The notes beneath the pieces are model-generated. The model was not told the DNA's origin. It worked only from the letters and a program-made list of their open reading frames with translations, and did not search any database. Below, piece after piece: positions 1 through 12,522 of a stretch of 64,000 nucleotides of DNA. Position numbers and translations under genes: made by a program. The stretch's first letter is position 1. Each line of letters begins with the position of its first letter. This DNA comes from Octopus vulgaris (lineage: Eukaryota): the NCBI GenBank assembly GCA_951406725.2, contig OX597827.1, forward strand, positions 4,898,001 to 4,962,000. Direction: 5' to 3'.

Positions 1-2264
1 CTAAGTTGCAGTAAGAATTGGCCATAAGCAAAAATGTTATCTCCAGTTTGTGTGTCTGTGTTTGTGCATGTATATATTTAAGAATGTGAACATATAGTTA
101 TGTATGTTTGTGTGTGTAGATATATTTATGCATTTTGTACAAAAGACAAATAGTCCAATTGGACTAAAGTTAAGATGTTACTAAACATGTTCCCATAATC
201 ACGCTGACACACAAACTTCAGAAACAATCTTATTTATTTAATATGGAAATTCATTTTCTACAAGTGCATGATTTTGTACAGAGATGATGAAAAATATCAT
301 TTTAAGATTATCAATACTGAAAGTATAATAATGAAAAACAAATTATTTACAGAAATAGTTCATCTATATTAAAATATCATTTTCCAACAGGAAACAAGAT
401 TTTACAGGTCTCTTCCTATAATTTAATAATAGTTAAAAAAAAATGGATTCAGTTTCATCTCAGGTCCAGACTTTATGTTTATGTTGGTCATGTGTTTTAT
501 TCTTAAGAATTGGTAGTCAAGAGTGAAACTGACTGAGAAATGTAGAGAGTGAAGAAAAAATTCCTCAATTAACTTTGTGGAGATTGCATCAAATTAGTTG
601 TGGTAAATTAATCAATCACTTTATCTTGAAGGTAAATATCTCCTTTGCAAACTCACTATTAATGAAGCCTTGATTTGAAATCAATACTCTAGCATATGTG
701 GATGATAGATCCTAATAAGCGATTGCTTTAGATTGTCATACAGCAGTTTTCCTTTTTTGTAAATCATATATCTGTAATCAGTTTTGATGTGGGAGAGAAA
801 AATGTAATCAGTTTTGATTTAGTGACAAATTGTGATCCTTTGCTTCTTGATTCTATCAATGATTTCATGGGGTGTCCATTTGCTTAATTTATTTCCCTTT
901 TATGTTTGGTGCAAAATAGGTGAAATACCTTCATTACTAATGTAAGAATTTCTGTGAAATCTTCTTAAAGTCTTTATACAAAATGACTTATCTGTCTGTT
1001 CATATGTATGTATGTGTGTATGTGTGTTTGCATGTGTTCTGTATTTATACTTAGGTATAAGTATATACATACATATACATATATGTACATATGCAAATAT
1101 ATGTGTGTGTTCAAGTGGTTTTGTGTGTGTGTGTATGCACGTACACACACATCCATTTGTACATACAGAAGCATATATATGTACACACACACACACACAC
1201 ACACATACATACACACACACATTTTTCTGGGGAGCAGTAAATTTGTGTTGATGAATGTAATCAAGCAGAATGTAATTAACAGTTTCAGTTTCATTATTCT
1301 TCTAAGCTGAAAAATTTTAGTAAATGTATCCACACTTATCTTGGTTCATACTGATATATCCCTTACAATCTTTGTTTTCTATGGTATGTTGCAGAAAGGA
1401 TTGGATTGAGAATATTGATTCATCTTTATGAGTTTAAAGCCCTTGATAAGGCAGAATTTTGTTTATTGGAATGTTCCATTTTTTCAGGTTTCGGATAACG
1501 TCAGACTACTACAGCATCTGTTTGGAAGCCTCTTTCAATCACCTATTAGATAGGCCATAGTTTACCTTGATGCCATTTCTCTACATGACTGTAGAACTAT
1601 TTCTTGTGGAAGTTTGGCATTTCTGGAAATGTTCCTTCAGTTTTGACATGGTGGACTCGATGGTAGTTTATGTGAACGTTGTGGTTGTCAAGGTAACGAG
1701 TGCTTCTGAAAACAAAATGGAGGAATAAAAGGTGGTGGCATAAAAAAAAAAAAGGTGACTAATGGAATTCATTTAGTATTTGAAGCTCATGTTAGCTGAT
1801 TTGACTTGAATTAGGTCTAAAGGTGAACAAGATATTGGTGCATTATGACTATCCACATTGGCTAAAACAGTTAGATATGACTAGCACCTGCATACGTTTC
1901 GTAAAATATTATTGCTGGGGTATAGTTTGGTTACTTGGCATATTTTGTAGAATGGGCAATTAACTTGAATCAGAGTATCTTTCCATTGTCAATATGTAAT
2001 CTTACATACTGTGAGTGAAGTCTTTTACCTTATTCTACAAGATATTATCTGTAGCATTGTAATGGAGGTTGTCCAAATGAACATGGAATTCATTTTGTTG
2101 GCAACTTTGATGTACCGCCTCCAAATTCAGTTGTTATTGTTTCCTTTTAGTTGAGATTATATCTATATCTTTTCTATCTATTAAACCGAACTGAAAGGTG
2201 GCATGTGAATGAAATAGGCATGACTAAAATCAAATTTCTACAAACCTATACTATCTTTTAGATA

Positions 2265-2485
2265 TATTGATTTCAAATTTTGGAACAAGGCCAGCAATTC
2301 CGGGAGAGGGTGGGGAAGGTCGATTGCATTGATTTTAGTGCTCAACTAGAACTTATTTCATCAATCCCGAGTGGATGAAAGGCAAAGTCGACCCTGGTGG
2401 AATTTGAACTCAGAATATAAAGCTAGATGAAATACTGTTAAGCATTTTGCTTGGTATGCTAATGACTCTACCATTTTGTTGCCTT
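2265..2485 (-). mobile_element. SINE with Nin/Deu-like central domain, diverged copy
   Basis: Reverse complement resembles the element at 48682 (gagttcaaattccaccagggtcgactttgcctttcatcc). Confidence 0.7.
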
Positions 2486-3529
2486 AATCTTTTAGACGTA
2501 TTGAAAAGAGAAAACGCAACAAAATTAATTGGCTATGTCTGACTGTTAAGAAAAAAAGTTTCTTACTAACTCATTTAAATGAAATGGAAAATTATTGAAA
2601 AATGTAAACTTTACAAGAATAAAATCAAAAATGTTATCATTGTACAGCAGAGCAAAGAAAAATTCCGAAAAGAAGGCATATATCACCAGATCAGAAATAT
2701 CTAAGAGATTAAGACACTTAGAGGAGCATCTGTTATAGAATTGTGTTACATCACCTTTACCTGATTAATAAAAAATGGACAGGCATTCACCTATGCACCT
2801 TTTATATTTTTCCTCATTTCGCTAACCTTATTCTTTTTTTTTTCTCATTTTCACCCTTTGCTATATTTGTTTTTTTCCCCAGTACCCTCACTCTTCTCCT
2901 ACAGCTGATATGTTTTAATACTGATAAAGTTGATGTTTCTATCCCTTTTAAGACTATATTTCATATATTTTTCTAGCTTTGATTTTTTCACTATTACGTT
3001 TGCTTATTTTACTATACTGCTTACATCAACATACAAGATGTTTCAAATGAAAGATCTAATTTTGACCATCTCAGAACTATATATACCTTTATAGAAGCAG
3101 AAGTAGTTTATTTTTTCATAAGATTTCAAAATTTGGTTTACAGCTCAGGCCTATTGAAGTGCTTTATTGCATACAATGATTAATACTCTAAAATAGACAG
3201 TTTGTAATTTGTAGTTTCTCTCTCTCTGTCTCTTTCTCTCTCTCTTGCTCATATATATATATTTTGATGCACAATATATGGATTATGTAACTATAATATT
3301 CTATAGATCTGAAGAGCTAGCCTTCTATATTTGTACTAGCTGGTAAAATGTACGACAGAACTATGCAGTTCATGACATACACTCTAGTGCAAACATATGA
3401 GATAACTTATTATACACTACAATCGATTATCTTTCCATGATGCTGGTTGTAAAATGATAATAACCTTGTGGATATCAACGGGTGAAGTAAATGTATTCAT
3501 CTCATTTCTCCTGACTTCCTTTATCTTAT

Positions 3530-3562
<33 letters not shown>

Positions 3563-4092
3563 CACACACACGCATGGTATTGCATTCCTGCATTCCTTTA
3601 TTAGTCTCAGGTATTAGACTGTGGCTGTGCTGGGTCACTGGCTTCAAAGTTTTAGTCCATTATATCATTGCTAGTGCTTTGTCTTTGATTTTTTTATTTA
3701 CTTTTATTTACTGTACCTTTATCATCTCCAAAGAAAAGTTATTGGTCTTGCTCTAAATGATGATAACTTGACGGGAACTAAATGTTGCTAAGTATATTTT
3801 ATCTCATAAACACATTTTGTCCACTGCATGCTGATTCAAAACACATACACACACACACACTTTCATCTAGTGAATTTCAATACAGTTTCTATATACTGGA
3901 TTTCACTTACAAGGGTTTGTTCAACCTAAGGTTTTGGTATAAGACACTACCCAAATTTTTATGCAGCAGGTTCAGCTTTTGAACCAAACTGAAATTCTTA
4001 ATTCCACATTGATGTTAGCATCAATAAACAAATTCGTGTGTGTATATGTGTGTATATGTATTTATCTGTCTATCTGTCTGTCTGTCTATGTG

Positions 4093-4158
<66 letters not shown>

Positions 4159-4175
4159 TACACACACACATACAT

Positions 4176-4234
<59 letters not shown>

Positions 4235-4331
4235 TAGATATAGATATGGAGTGCTAAGTAATGACATGTATAAATACAAACTTATTATCAGTTCAAATAT
4301 GCTTGGGGCATATTCAAACCCATAACAAAGC

Positions 4332-4363
<32 letters not shown>

Positions 4364-4400
4364 CATACACACACAAACATACACACACACACACATACAC

Positions 4401-4448
<48 letters not shown>

Positions 4449-5753
4449 ATATTTTATATGCAGCTATTTGTTATATGATGAACAAAATTATGAAACATGT
4501 AAATGAATGGAATAAACATTTACTCTCTCACCTCATTTCTCTTATGTGTTCTATATATTTGTGTGTACACATAAATACCCAGGAATTCAAAAATTGCACT
4601 TTATACAATTCAGGCATGTTTTGAAACTAAGGCTCTTACATGTGATAAATATATGTTATAAGTATTTTATTATTCTATTTCCCCATTACATTATATTTTG
4701 ACCAAACTGAAATCATAATCCAGTTGAAGGCACACTTTGTGAAGATTGGAACTGATATAGGTTAACTGTCACCATTATAGTCATGGTTTTCTTTGACATG
4801 TCAGTAATGTTGCTCTGCAGATTACACTAAACATAAAGGAAAATGTTTTCTTTGGCTTTTGTAGTGAAGGGCTGATTTGTCATAAACCCATACCAGTTAT
4901 ACTTGCATTGGTGCTGTTACTGACAGCTTTTTACGTTTTGCCATCAGATTTTGGAATATTTTATTGACAGATTTTTTTTTTTTTTACCAGACATATACCT
5001 GAGAGAGAGAGAGATTTTTAAAAAAGTATCAAGTTTTCTCATGTCTGAGTTTTACTAGGACAAAGAAAAGTGCAATTTCTGATGTTTATGGCTAACCAAA
5101 GGTAATTAGAATCCAAAGTAAGTGTTTCTGAAATGTACTTTAGCCTTTGAAATGGGTAATAAGGAAGTTTTGATGAAGTTAATTGCCAAATGAAGATATT
5201 TTTATATTTGGTTGGAATGTTATATCTCTTTGATTGAAGATTAATAATGAAGGTATTGTATTTTAAAAGTTTATCTCATTGCCTGCCTATGCATACATAA
5301 GCATCAACTTTTTAAAGTGTATGCAAAAACCTTACTTCCAACTAAAATTTTTCAGTTCTCTGGGGTTTTCTCTCTTTTGCTTTATAGCAACTTACACCGT
5401 AATCTGTGTAAAATATCAAACATAATGTGTACTATTCAGATTGCATTGAAATTTGAAAATTCTTCACTAACTACTTCAATGTGATTTATACACCACATAC
5501 TTCCTGTTCAAGGATTTGTTCATAAATAAGCCTCCTTTACAAATAAATCTTGCTGGATATGAACTAATATACACTTTGAAACAACAAACTAACTACCTAA
5601 ATAAATATATATATAAAAAAGACAAACATCAACCATGTGTATACATATATAGATACAATATATGTACATGTGTGTGTGTATGTGTGAATGTGTAAGTATA
5701 TGTGCATATATATGCCTGTGTATAAATATATATATAATAAATATATATATATA

Positions 5754-5788
<35 letters not shown>

Positions 5789-6156
5789 GTTATTCTATTG
5801 AAGTATGTTCGTGCCGAGATAATACAAAATACATTTTTGTTTATAGGAGTAATGTTTAGATACACTAGCTGCTCCTTGTGGAACCACTACAAATCCCTTA
5901 TTCAATTAGCAGCAGATTATTTTTTTAGACAGAAGAGAATTTTCTTCCCTTTATATTCCTGGTCATTCTATTGGTATTTGCTAATCAAAGCTGGCATTGT
6001 GGGAGAAGATATATTGTCCATATCACTTTTGCCTCCAGTGGTAACATGTGGTCCTTTGTTCTACTGGGTTCTTGCTGATAAGCATTAATGTGTATTAGTG
6101 TACATGTGGAACATACATACACACTGATATAAATATGTGTGTATGTATACACACAC

Positions 6157-6209
<53 letters not shown>

Positions 6210-6242
6210 CACATATATATTTACATACATTTATGTATATGT

Positions 6243-6282
<40 letters not shown>

Positions 6283-6605
6283 GGGGGGGGAAAGTGGGCA
6301 TTAAAACAATGATAACACGCATCCACAAGCACATACTTGCATACATGTGTGCATGTGTTTCATTTTTTTTTTACTCAGAGGTAGTTATTGTAATTATGTG
6401 TGCCACATTCTCTCTATCAAAGAGGTAGAAAAATGGGAATAATGTATGCACACACACACACACACGCGTACACACACACATACACGTACATGCATATGTA
6501 TGCACAAAATGCATCTATGCAAATAATCAGTAGAACAATAAACCAGATGTTACCAATAGAGGTGGATATTATAAGGATATTATTTTCATATATATATATA
6601 CACAC

Positions 6606-6646
<41 letters not shown>

Positions 6647-7069
6647 CAATCACCCCCATATAGGGGATTGTGTATGTGTGTGTGGGTGGGTGCAGTTTTA
6701 TAATTATCTTAATATGAAGATTAAGAAGACCAGTCGCACAATAAAGAACTCAGTTCGTAAATGTAGACTAAAAATACTTTTTTTTTACCATGTGTGTCCC
6801 ATGATGCTGTTAATCTAAATCTACTCTATCACTTTGAACTGTGCTGCTTGTGTCTAAATATAGTAGGTGTGTCTTAGAGAAAGACACAGAGGGAGAGAAA
6901 GATAAAGAGCCAGGTTGGGAGAGTATAAAGAAGGAAGAGAGATAATATTAGACTGAAAATTCTAATTTAGCTTCTGCCAATTCTAGTCCTTCAAATTTAA
7001 TCCTGTGTTTCTTGGGCTTTTGCGCATACATGTTCATATGCATGTATACACACACACACACTCAATCTT

Positions 7070-7117
<48 letters not shown>

Positions 7118-7496
7118 GTATGGAAAAAAAACATATTGCATTGGGTTTGATCTCACTTTATAACACTTGCTAGACAATGTATCCTTTGCTATTTTCCTGG
7201 GCTGACTGATGTCCTTGGAGTGAAATTTTTGTTTATAGGAGTAATGTTTAGATATACTGGCTGCTCCTTGTGGAACCACTACAAATCCCTTATTCAATTA
7301 GCAGCAGATTATTTTTTTTTTAGACAGAAGAGAATTTTCTTCCTTTTATATTCCTGGTCATTCTATTGGTATTTGCTAATCAAAGCTAGCTTTTTCTATG
7401 TTTTTTTTTCTCTCTCTCTCACACACACACACATGCACAAATGTATATATATATATAATCACCATCACCATCTTCCACACACACACGCATGCATAA

Positions 7497-7557
<61 letters not shown>

Positions 7558-8323
7558 CACCATCTTCAACAACATTTTAATGTCCACTTTTCAAAACTTG
7601 TGTGGGTTAAATAAAACAGTTTGAGGCAGACGTTCTTTGACTGGACCCTTTTTTCAACTTGACAAATCCTCTTATGTTTACTCAAGTTACAAACAATGAA
7701 CAACTCAGTGGGTAAACATGTTTTCATGGTAGATTGCAAACATATTCTACCAATTGTATGAAGAGGGACTTTGTGCCTTTCCAGTTTTTTGACATATGCA
7801 CAATGATTGTGAACAAACGCAACACTTTCTGTCTGTCTGTCTGTCTGTCTTGCTACCTCTCTCACCCACACACACACTCACATGCACACATAATGGGCTT
7901 CTTACAGTTTCCATCTACCAAATTCGATCACAAAGCATTGGTCATGGCTGTGAAGCAAACTTCCTAACCAGACTGCTATATACCTGTGTGCATACATATC
8001 TATGTGTGTGTAAGGTTTGCGGGAACGTGCCACTGTCTGCATGTCTTTATATTATCACTATATGAGCAAAACCACTTGTTTACATCTCCTGTAAACAATA
8101 CATGTAGTAGTTTTAATATACATAAACAGACCAGTGAAATAAATGATACAAATCTTGAAGAACAAGTCAGTGTTGGCAACAGAAAGACCCCAGACTCATG
8201 CAACTCATATTATCAGGGAGAAGCCATACATAAAAATTGATGATGATGATGTATTGACATTTAGCCCTCATCTTTATCATTGGGCCTCTGATCATATTTA
8301 CCATTAGCTAACCCCCACTTTTT

Positions 8324-8630
8324 GTGGAAGCACATGACCTAGTGGTTAGAGCAGTGGACTTGTGGTTGAGGGATCGCGGGTTCGAATCTCAGACCGGACA
8401 ATGTGTGTGTTTATGAGCAAAACACCTCAGCTCCACACGGCTCCAGCAGAAGGTAATGGCAAAACTTCTGCTGACTCTTTCGCCACAACTTTCTCTCACT
8501 CTTTCCTCCTGCATCTTGCAGCTCACCTGCGATGGACCGGCGTCCTGTCCAGGTGGGGAACTTATACACCAAGAAACCAGGAAACCGGCCCTTATGAGCC
8601 TGGCATAGCTCGAGAAGGAACAAACAACAA
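8324..8630 (+). mobile_element. Full-length tRNA-derived SINE with 14-bp target-site duplication
   Basis: A-box-like tgacctagtgg, B-box ggttcgaatct, tail cctgcgatggaccggcgtcctgtccagg...aacaaacaacaa; direct repeat AACCCCCACTTTTT at 8310-8323 and 8631-8644. Confidence 0.9.
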
Positions 8631-8979
8631 AACCCCCACTTTTTCCCCTTTCCTTTCACTAAATTCACTCTCACCTTCCCATAGCTTTTACTCACCCACT
8701 GTTCCTGATATTCTATCTGTGTACTCTCTTTTTAACACTTTCAGTTTCTTGTGGATATGCTCTGATACCTCATCACTATTATCTTTGTTTCGTTTTCCAT
8801 TTCCATTTCCACCCTTTCTACTCTCACCCACCCATGTATAATGTAGGATATTCATGACTCTCCTCCTCTGCAACAAACCAGCTCCTGTCCTTCCTATCAT
8901 ACTTTAACGCTTCAACACTCATATAAAGCTACCCCACCCTCTACTATTCTCCTTGCCATCCAAAAGACTCTTTATTCAT

Positions 8980-9185
8980 GCAAGCTACAAGGCAACCTCA
9001 TAAGTGCTGGTACCTTGAAAAATCCACTCTGCATACTCCCGTAAAATGGTTGGCATTAGGAAGGTCATCTTGCTGTAAAAGCCATTCCTAAACTGAAATG
9101 TTAGAGCATGGTGTGGTCCTCTGATCCAGTGGCTTACATCCTGTTGAGTAAACCAACCCATGCCACAGCATGGATAACACATGAT
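8980..9185 (+). mobile_element. Old copy of the (GAT)n-tailed SINE family, preceded by a CT-rich body
   Basis: tggttggcattaggaagg...aacccatgccacagcatgga resembles the copies at 10791-11107; a reverse-oriented relative with a GA-rich body lies at ~62750-63520. Confidence 0.55.
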
Positions 9186-10078
9186 AGGTAATGCTATATA
9201 CATAAATAAAATATCCACACACATACATCCATACACAAACATATTCTGTGTCTGCATGCCTGCTTTTGTGTTCAACTCTTTCAGAGAAACCCAGTGTAGT
9301 CAGTAAAATATTTTGGCTAAGGTACTCTTAAGCATAAATCCTTTTGCTTGGTCTGTTTATGGGCTCAAGAAGTAGAAAAGTTCTGTTCCTTATCGCATCA
9401 TCATTTAAAAAAAAAAACCTTCTTATTAATGGAAGACAAACTATATGATAATACTGTGCATGCAGGAAAAACAGATATTCATATGAACATGAATGCACCT
9501 GCATACGTACACACATAGACAAACAAGATATGTCAGACACACACATTTGATAGAAAATGTGCATTCACAAACTTACTTTTACATTATCTTTAAAGAGCTA
9601 ATTTCTGTTCTATGCAATTTTAAAAGTTATGAATCAAATTTGTTTTGAAAGTTATAGCTGAAAATAAAATAACAACAAAAAAAAACTATGAAAAATTTGC
9701 ATTTCATGCTCTCTCTCTTCTCTCTCTCTCTCTCTCTCTCTTTCTCTTTCCCTTTCTTTCTCTTTCTCTCTCTTGCATATCCATGTTTTTATGCTGATTG
9801 TAAACAATGGCTTATATATATCCAAAGAAAATTTCCTAGCATATAGATATGTAACTATATGTGGATTGTTGGTGATTTTTTTTTCTCCGTCTTCCTTTTC
9901 TCTTGGACTTTCCTCTATATCCTGTTTCTGAAGTAGATCTTTGCTTGAAACATAAAACACCCTTTTTTTTTTCCTTCCGTGAACATCTTATTAATACTTC
10001 ACAAGTACCACGTACATGCATTGTTTTTCTTGTTTGTTTTTTTTTTCAGTTTTTATGTGTATAAATATATATAAAGAG

Positions 10079-10124
<46 letters not shown>

Positions 10125-10256
10125 CTCTTTTTACTAATAGTTCTTCTTGCCATCTCTCCATCTTATGATAGAGAATCTTCATATATCTATCCTTACACAC
10201 ACTTTTTAAAATTAATCTATTCTGAGTGGGGCTTCCCCTACTCACTCCAGAATTTT

Positions 10257-10287
<31 letters not shown>

Positions 10288-10483
10288 ATTTTCATTGGAA
10301 GTACTTTTCTATGTATGTACATAAATGTGAATGTTTTTCCAAATAAACTACACTTCATGTTTAAAGCTCCAGTGGGTAATACTCAAGCACTCAGCTATGA
10401 GTGCACCGCACCATATAGCAGAAACATCTGTAAGCTCATAAACATAATTGTTTATTTCTTTTGTCATCCAAATTTCTTATCTG

Positions 10484-10533
<50 letters not shown>

Positions 10534-10544
10534 TATTGTCTTTT

Positions 10545-10780
10545 ATTTGTTTTAGCCATTAGACTGCAGCTATGCTGTTGTGGCAGTACCTTAAAGAATT
10601 TTTAGTCAAGTGAATTGACCCCACTGCTTATCTTTTTGCTGCATCTGGTCCTTATTCCATCAGTTTCTATTTTGCCAAACTGCTAAGTCACAGGGATGTA
10701 GACACATCAACACTTGTTGTTAAGTAGTGGTGTGGGACAAACATAGACATAAAAACGCATACATGCACACACACACGCAT
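10545..10780 (-). mobile_element. CORE-type SINE, 3' half, diverged
   Basis: Similar to 50937-51170 (gactgcagctatgctg...ttttgccaaactgctaagtcacagggatgt). Confidence 0.65.
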
Positions 10781-10790
10781 TTATATTTAT

Positions 10791-11107
10791 CACCTGTGTC
10801 GGTGGCACATAAAAACACCATCCGAGCGTGGCCGTCTGCCAGCCTCGTCTGGCACCTGTGTCGGTGGCACATAAAAACACCATCCGAGCATGGCCGTTTG
10901 CCAGCCTCGTCTGGCACCTGTGTCGGTGGCACATAAAATCACCCACTACACTCTCGGAGTGGTTGGCGTTAGGAAGGGCATCCAGCTGTAGAAACACTGC
11001 CAGATCTGACTGGCCTGGTGCAGCCTTCGGGCTCCCCAGACCCCAGTTGAACCGTCCAACCCATGCTAGCATGGAAAACGGACGCTAAATGATGATGATG
11101 ATGATGA
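10791..11107 (+). mobile_element. (GAT)n-tailed SINE 3' part with internal 62-bp tandem repeat
   Basis: Units start at 10791, 10853 and 10915 (cacctgtgtcggtggcacataaaa); then gagtggttggcgttaggaagggcatccagctgtag...ggacgctaaat(gat)n. Confidence 0.85.
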
Positions 11108-11354
11108 TCATCATCATTGTTTAACGTCCGCTTTCCATGCTAGCGTGGGTTGGACAGTTCAACTGGGGTCTGGGAAGCCAGAAGGCTGCACCAGGCCCAG
11201 TCTGATCTAGCAGTGTTTCTACAGCTGGATGCCCTTCCTAACGCCAACCACTCCATGAGTGTAGTGGGTGCTCTTTACGTGCCACCTGCACAGGTGCCAG
11301 ACAAGGCTGGCAAATGGCCACAATCGGATTGGTGCTTTTTATGTGCCACCGGCA
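11108..11354 (-). mobile_element. (GAT)n-tailed SINE, inverted copy fused tail-to-tail with the previous copy
   Basis: Reverse complement of ~10859-11107; junction gatgatgat|catcatcat. Confidence 0.85.
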
Positions 11355-12250
11355 ATCAAAATAATATATATATAATCATTTTTTCCTGTAAGACAGTTAG
11401 AATCTCATATTCTACTCTCCCCAATATGGGTACCATCATTGCAAGGTTAAATAGAAAGAATATTAAATTAGCAAGAGGTGGTAATAATAATCATGTTACT
11501 GTCAACATTAACTTAAACCCCTACAATGTGAATAATAATAACATTAATGGTGACATAGAAAATAGAAACAGCGGTACTAATGCTTCAAATATATACAATA
11601 TAAACTGTAGCTCTGAGGTCTATACTAGCACAGGGATTACTGATATGCCTGATGATGCTGGGATGAATGTGAATGACACTACAATTGAAGGATGGAGAGA
11701 TAATACCAGATATGAAAATAATACAAACAGTAGTATTAGCAGGATTAATATTAATAGTAATATTAATAATAATAATGGTATGAATATCAATAATATTAAT
11801 TGTAGTAATTCTCCTGGTTGCAATTGTAGAGTTAAATCCCACTGTCCATTATTAGGCCAATGTCTAATCCAAAACGTAATCTATAAGTGTACAATCATAA
11901 CTGTAGCTGGTAACTTTGTATATATAGAATGTTCAATAAATATGAAAAAAAAAGTGTATTAATAACCATTTTTCATCTTTTAGGCTCAAACATAAGGCCA
12001 ATTGTATGTCCTTATCTAGTGAGATTTGAGAACTGAAGAAAAGCAGAATCGAATTTAGCCTTAAATGGGATATTATAAGGAAAGCACAGCCTTATAGAGA
12101 TAGTTGATATGGGTGCGAGCTGTGCTCTATGGAAACTTATGAAATTTTTAAGTATAGGGACAAGGGCAACCTGATTAATAATAGATTAGACCTAAGGGTA
12201 TCATGCTTACATAGGGTCACCCGTACATTTAGATATTTTCAAAATTAGCA
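11355..12250 (+). mobile_element. Penelope-like element fragment (Neptune-type C-terminal GIY-YIG-like endonuclease region), disrupted
   Basis: TVRISYSTLPNM...CNCRVKSHCPLLGQCLIQNVIYKCTI...YIEC; after a frameshift NHFSSFR..LSSEI*ELK..LKWDII..CELC..NLIN..SCLH, the typical PLE pattern; contains stops. Confidence 0.8.
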
Positions 12251-12349
12251 TTTAAAGGTGCTACACTTGAACCTGGATAAGGGAAATTAATTTTTAGTGT
12301 CATATCTGATGTGAACTTACCTCCTAGTATTATAAATAATAAGTTATAT

Positions 12350-12522
12350 GTAAAGCGTGCTTCTTAACCGCACAACCATGCTTCCGCCGAAGGGCATCCA
12401 GCTGTAGAAACACTGCCAGATCAGACTGGAGCCTGGTGCAGCCTTCTTGCTTCCCAGATCCCCGGTCGAACTGTCCAACCCATGCTAGCATGGAGAACGG
12501 ACGTTAAACGATGATGATGATG
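12350..12522 (+). mobile_element. (GAT)n-tailed SINE with inverted tRNA-like head and 9-bp TSD
   Basis: AAGTTATAT at 12341-12349 and 12523-12531; 12350-12388 is an antisense SINE head and the remainder is the sense tail. Confidence 0.8.

Noticed and set aside
1488-1692. Plus-strand coding exon between ttttttcag and AG|GTAACG
   Set aside because: Stops in all three frames and no partner exons found.
8324-8395. tRNA gene
   Set aside because: It is the tRNA-derived head of a TSD-flanked SINE.
11150-11354. N-terminus of the 270-aa ORF as part of the PLE protein
   Set aside because: It is read-through from the inverted SINE; PLE similarity starts only near 11380.
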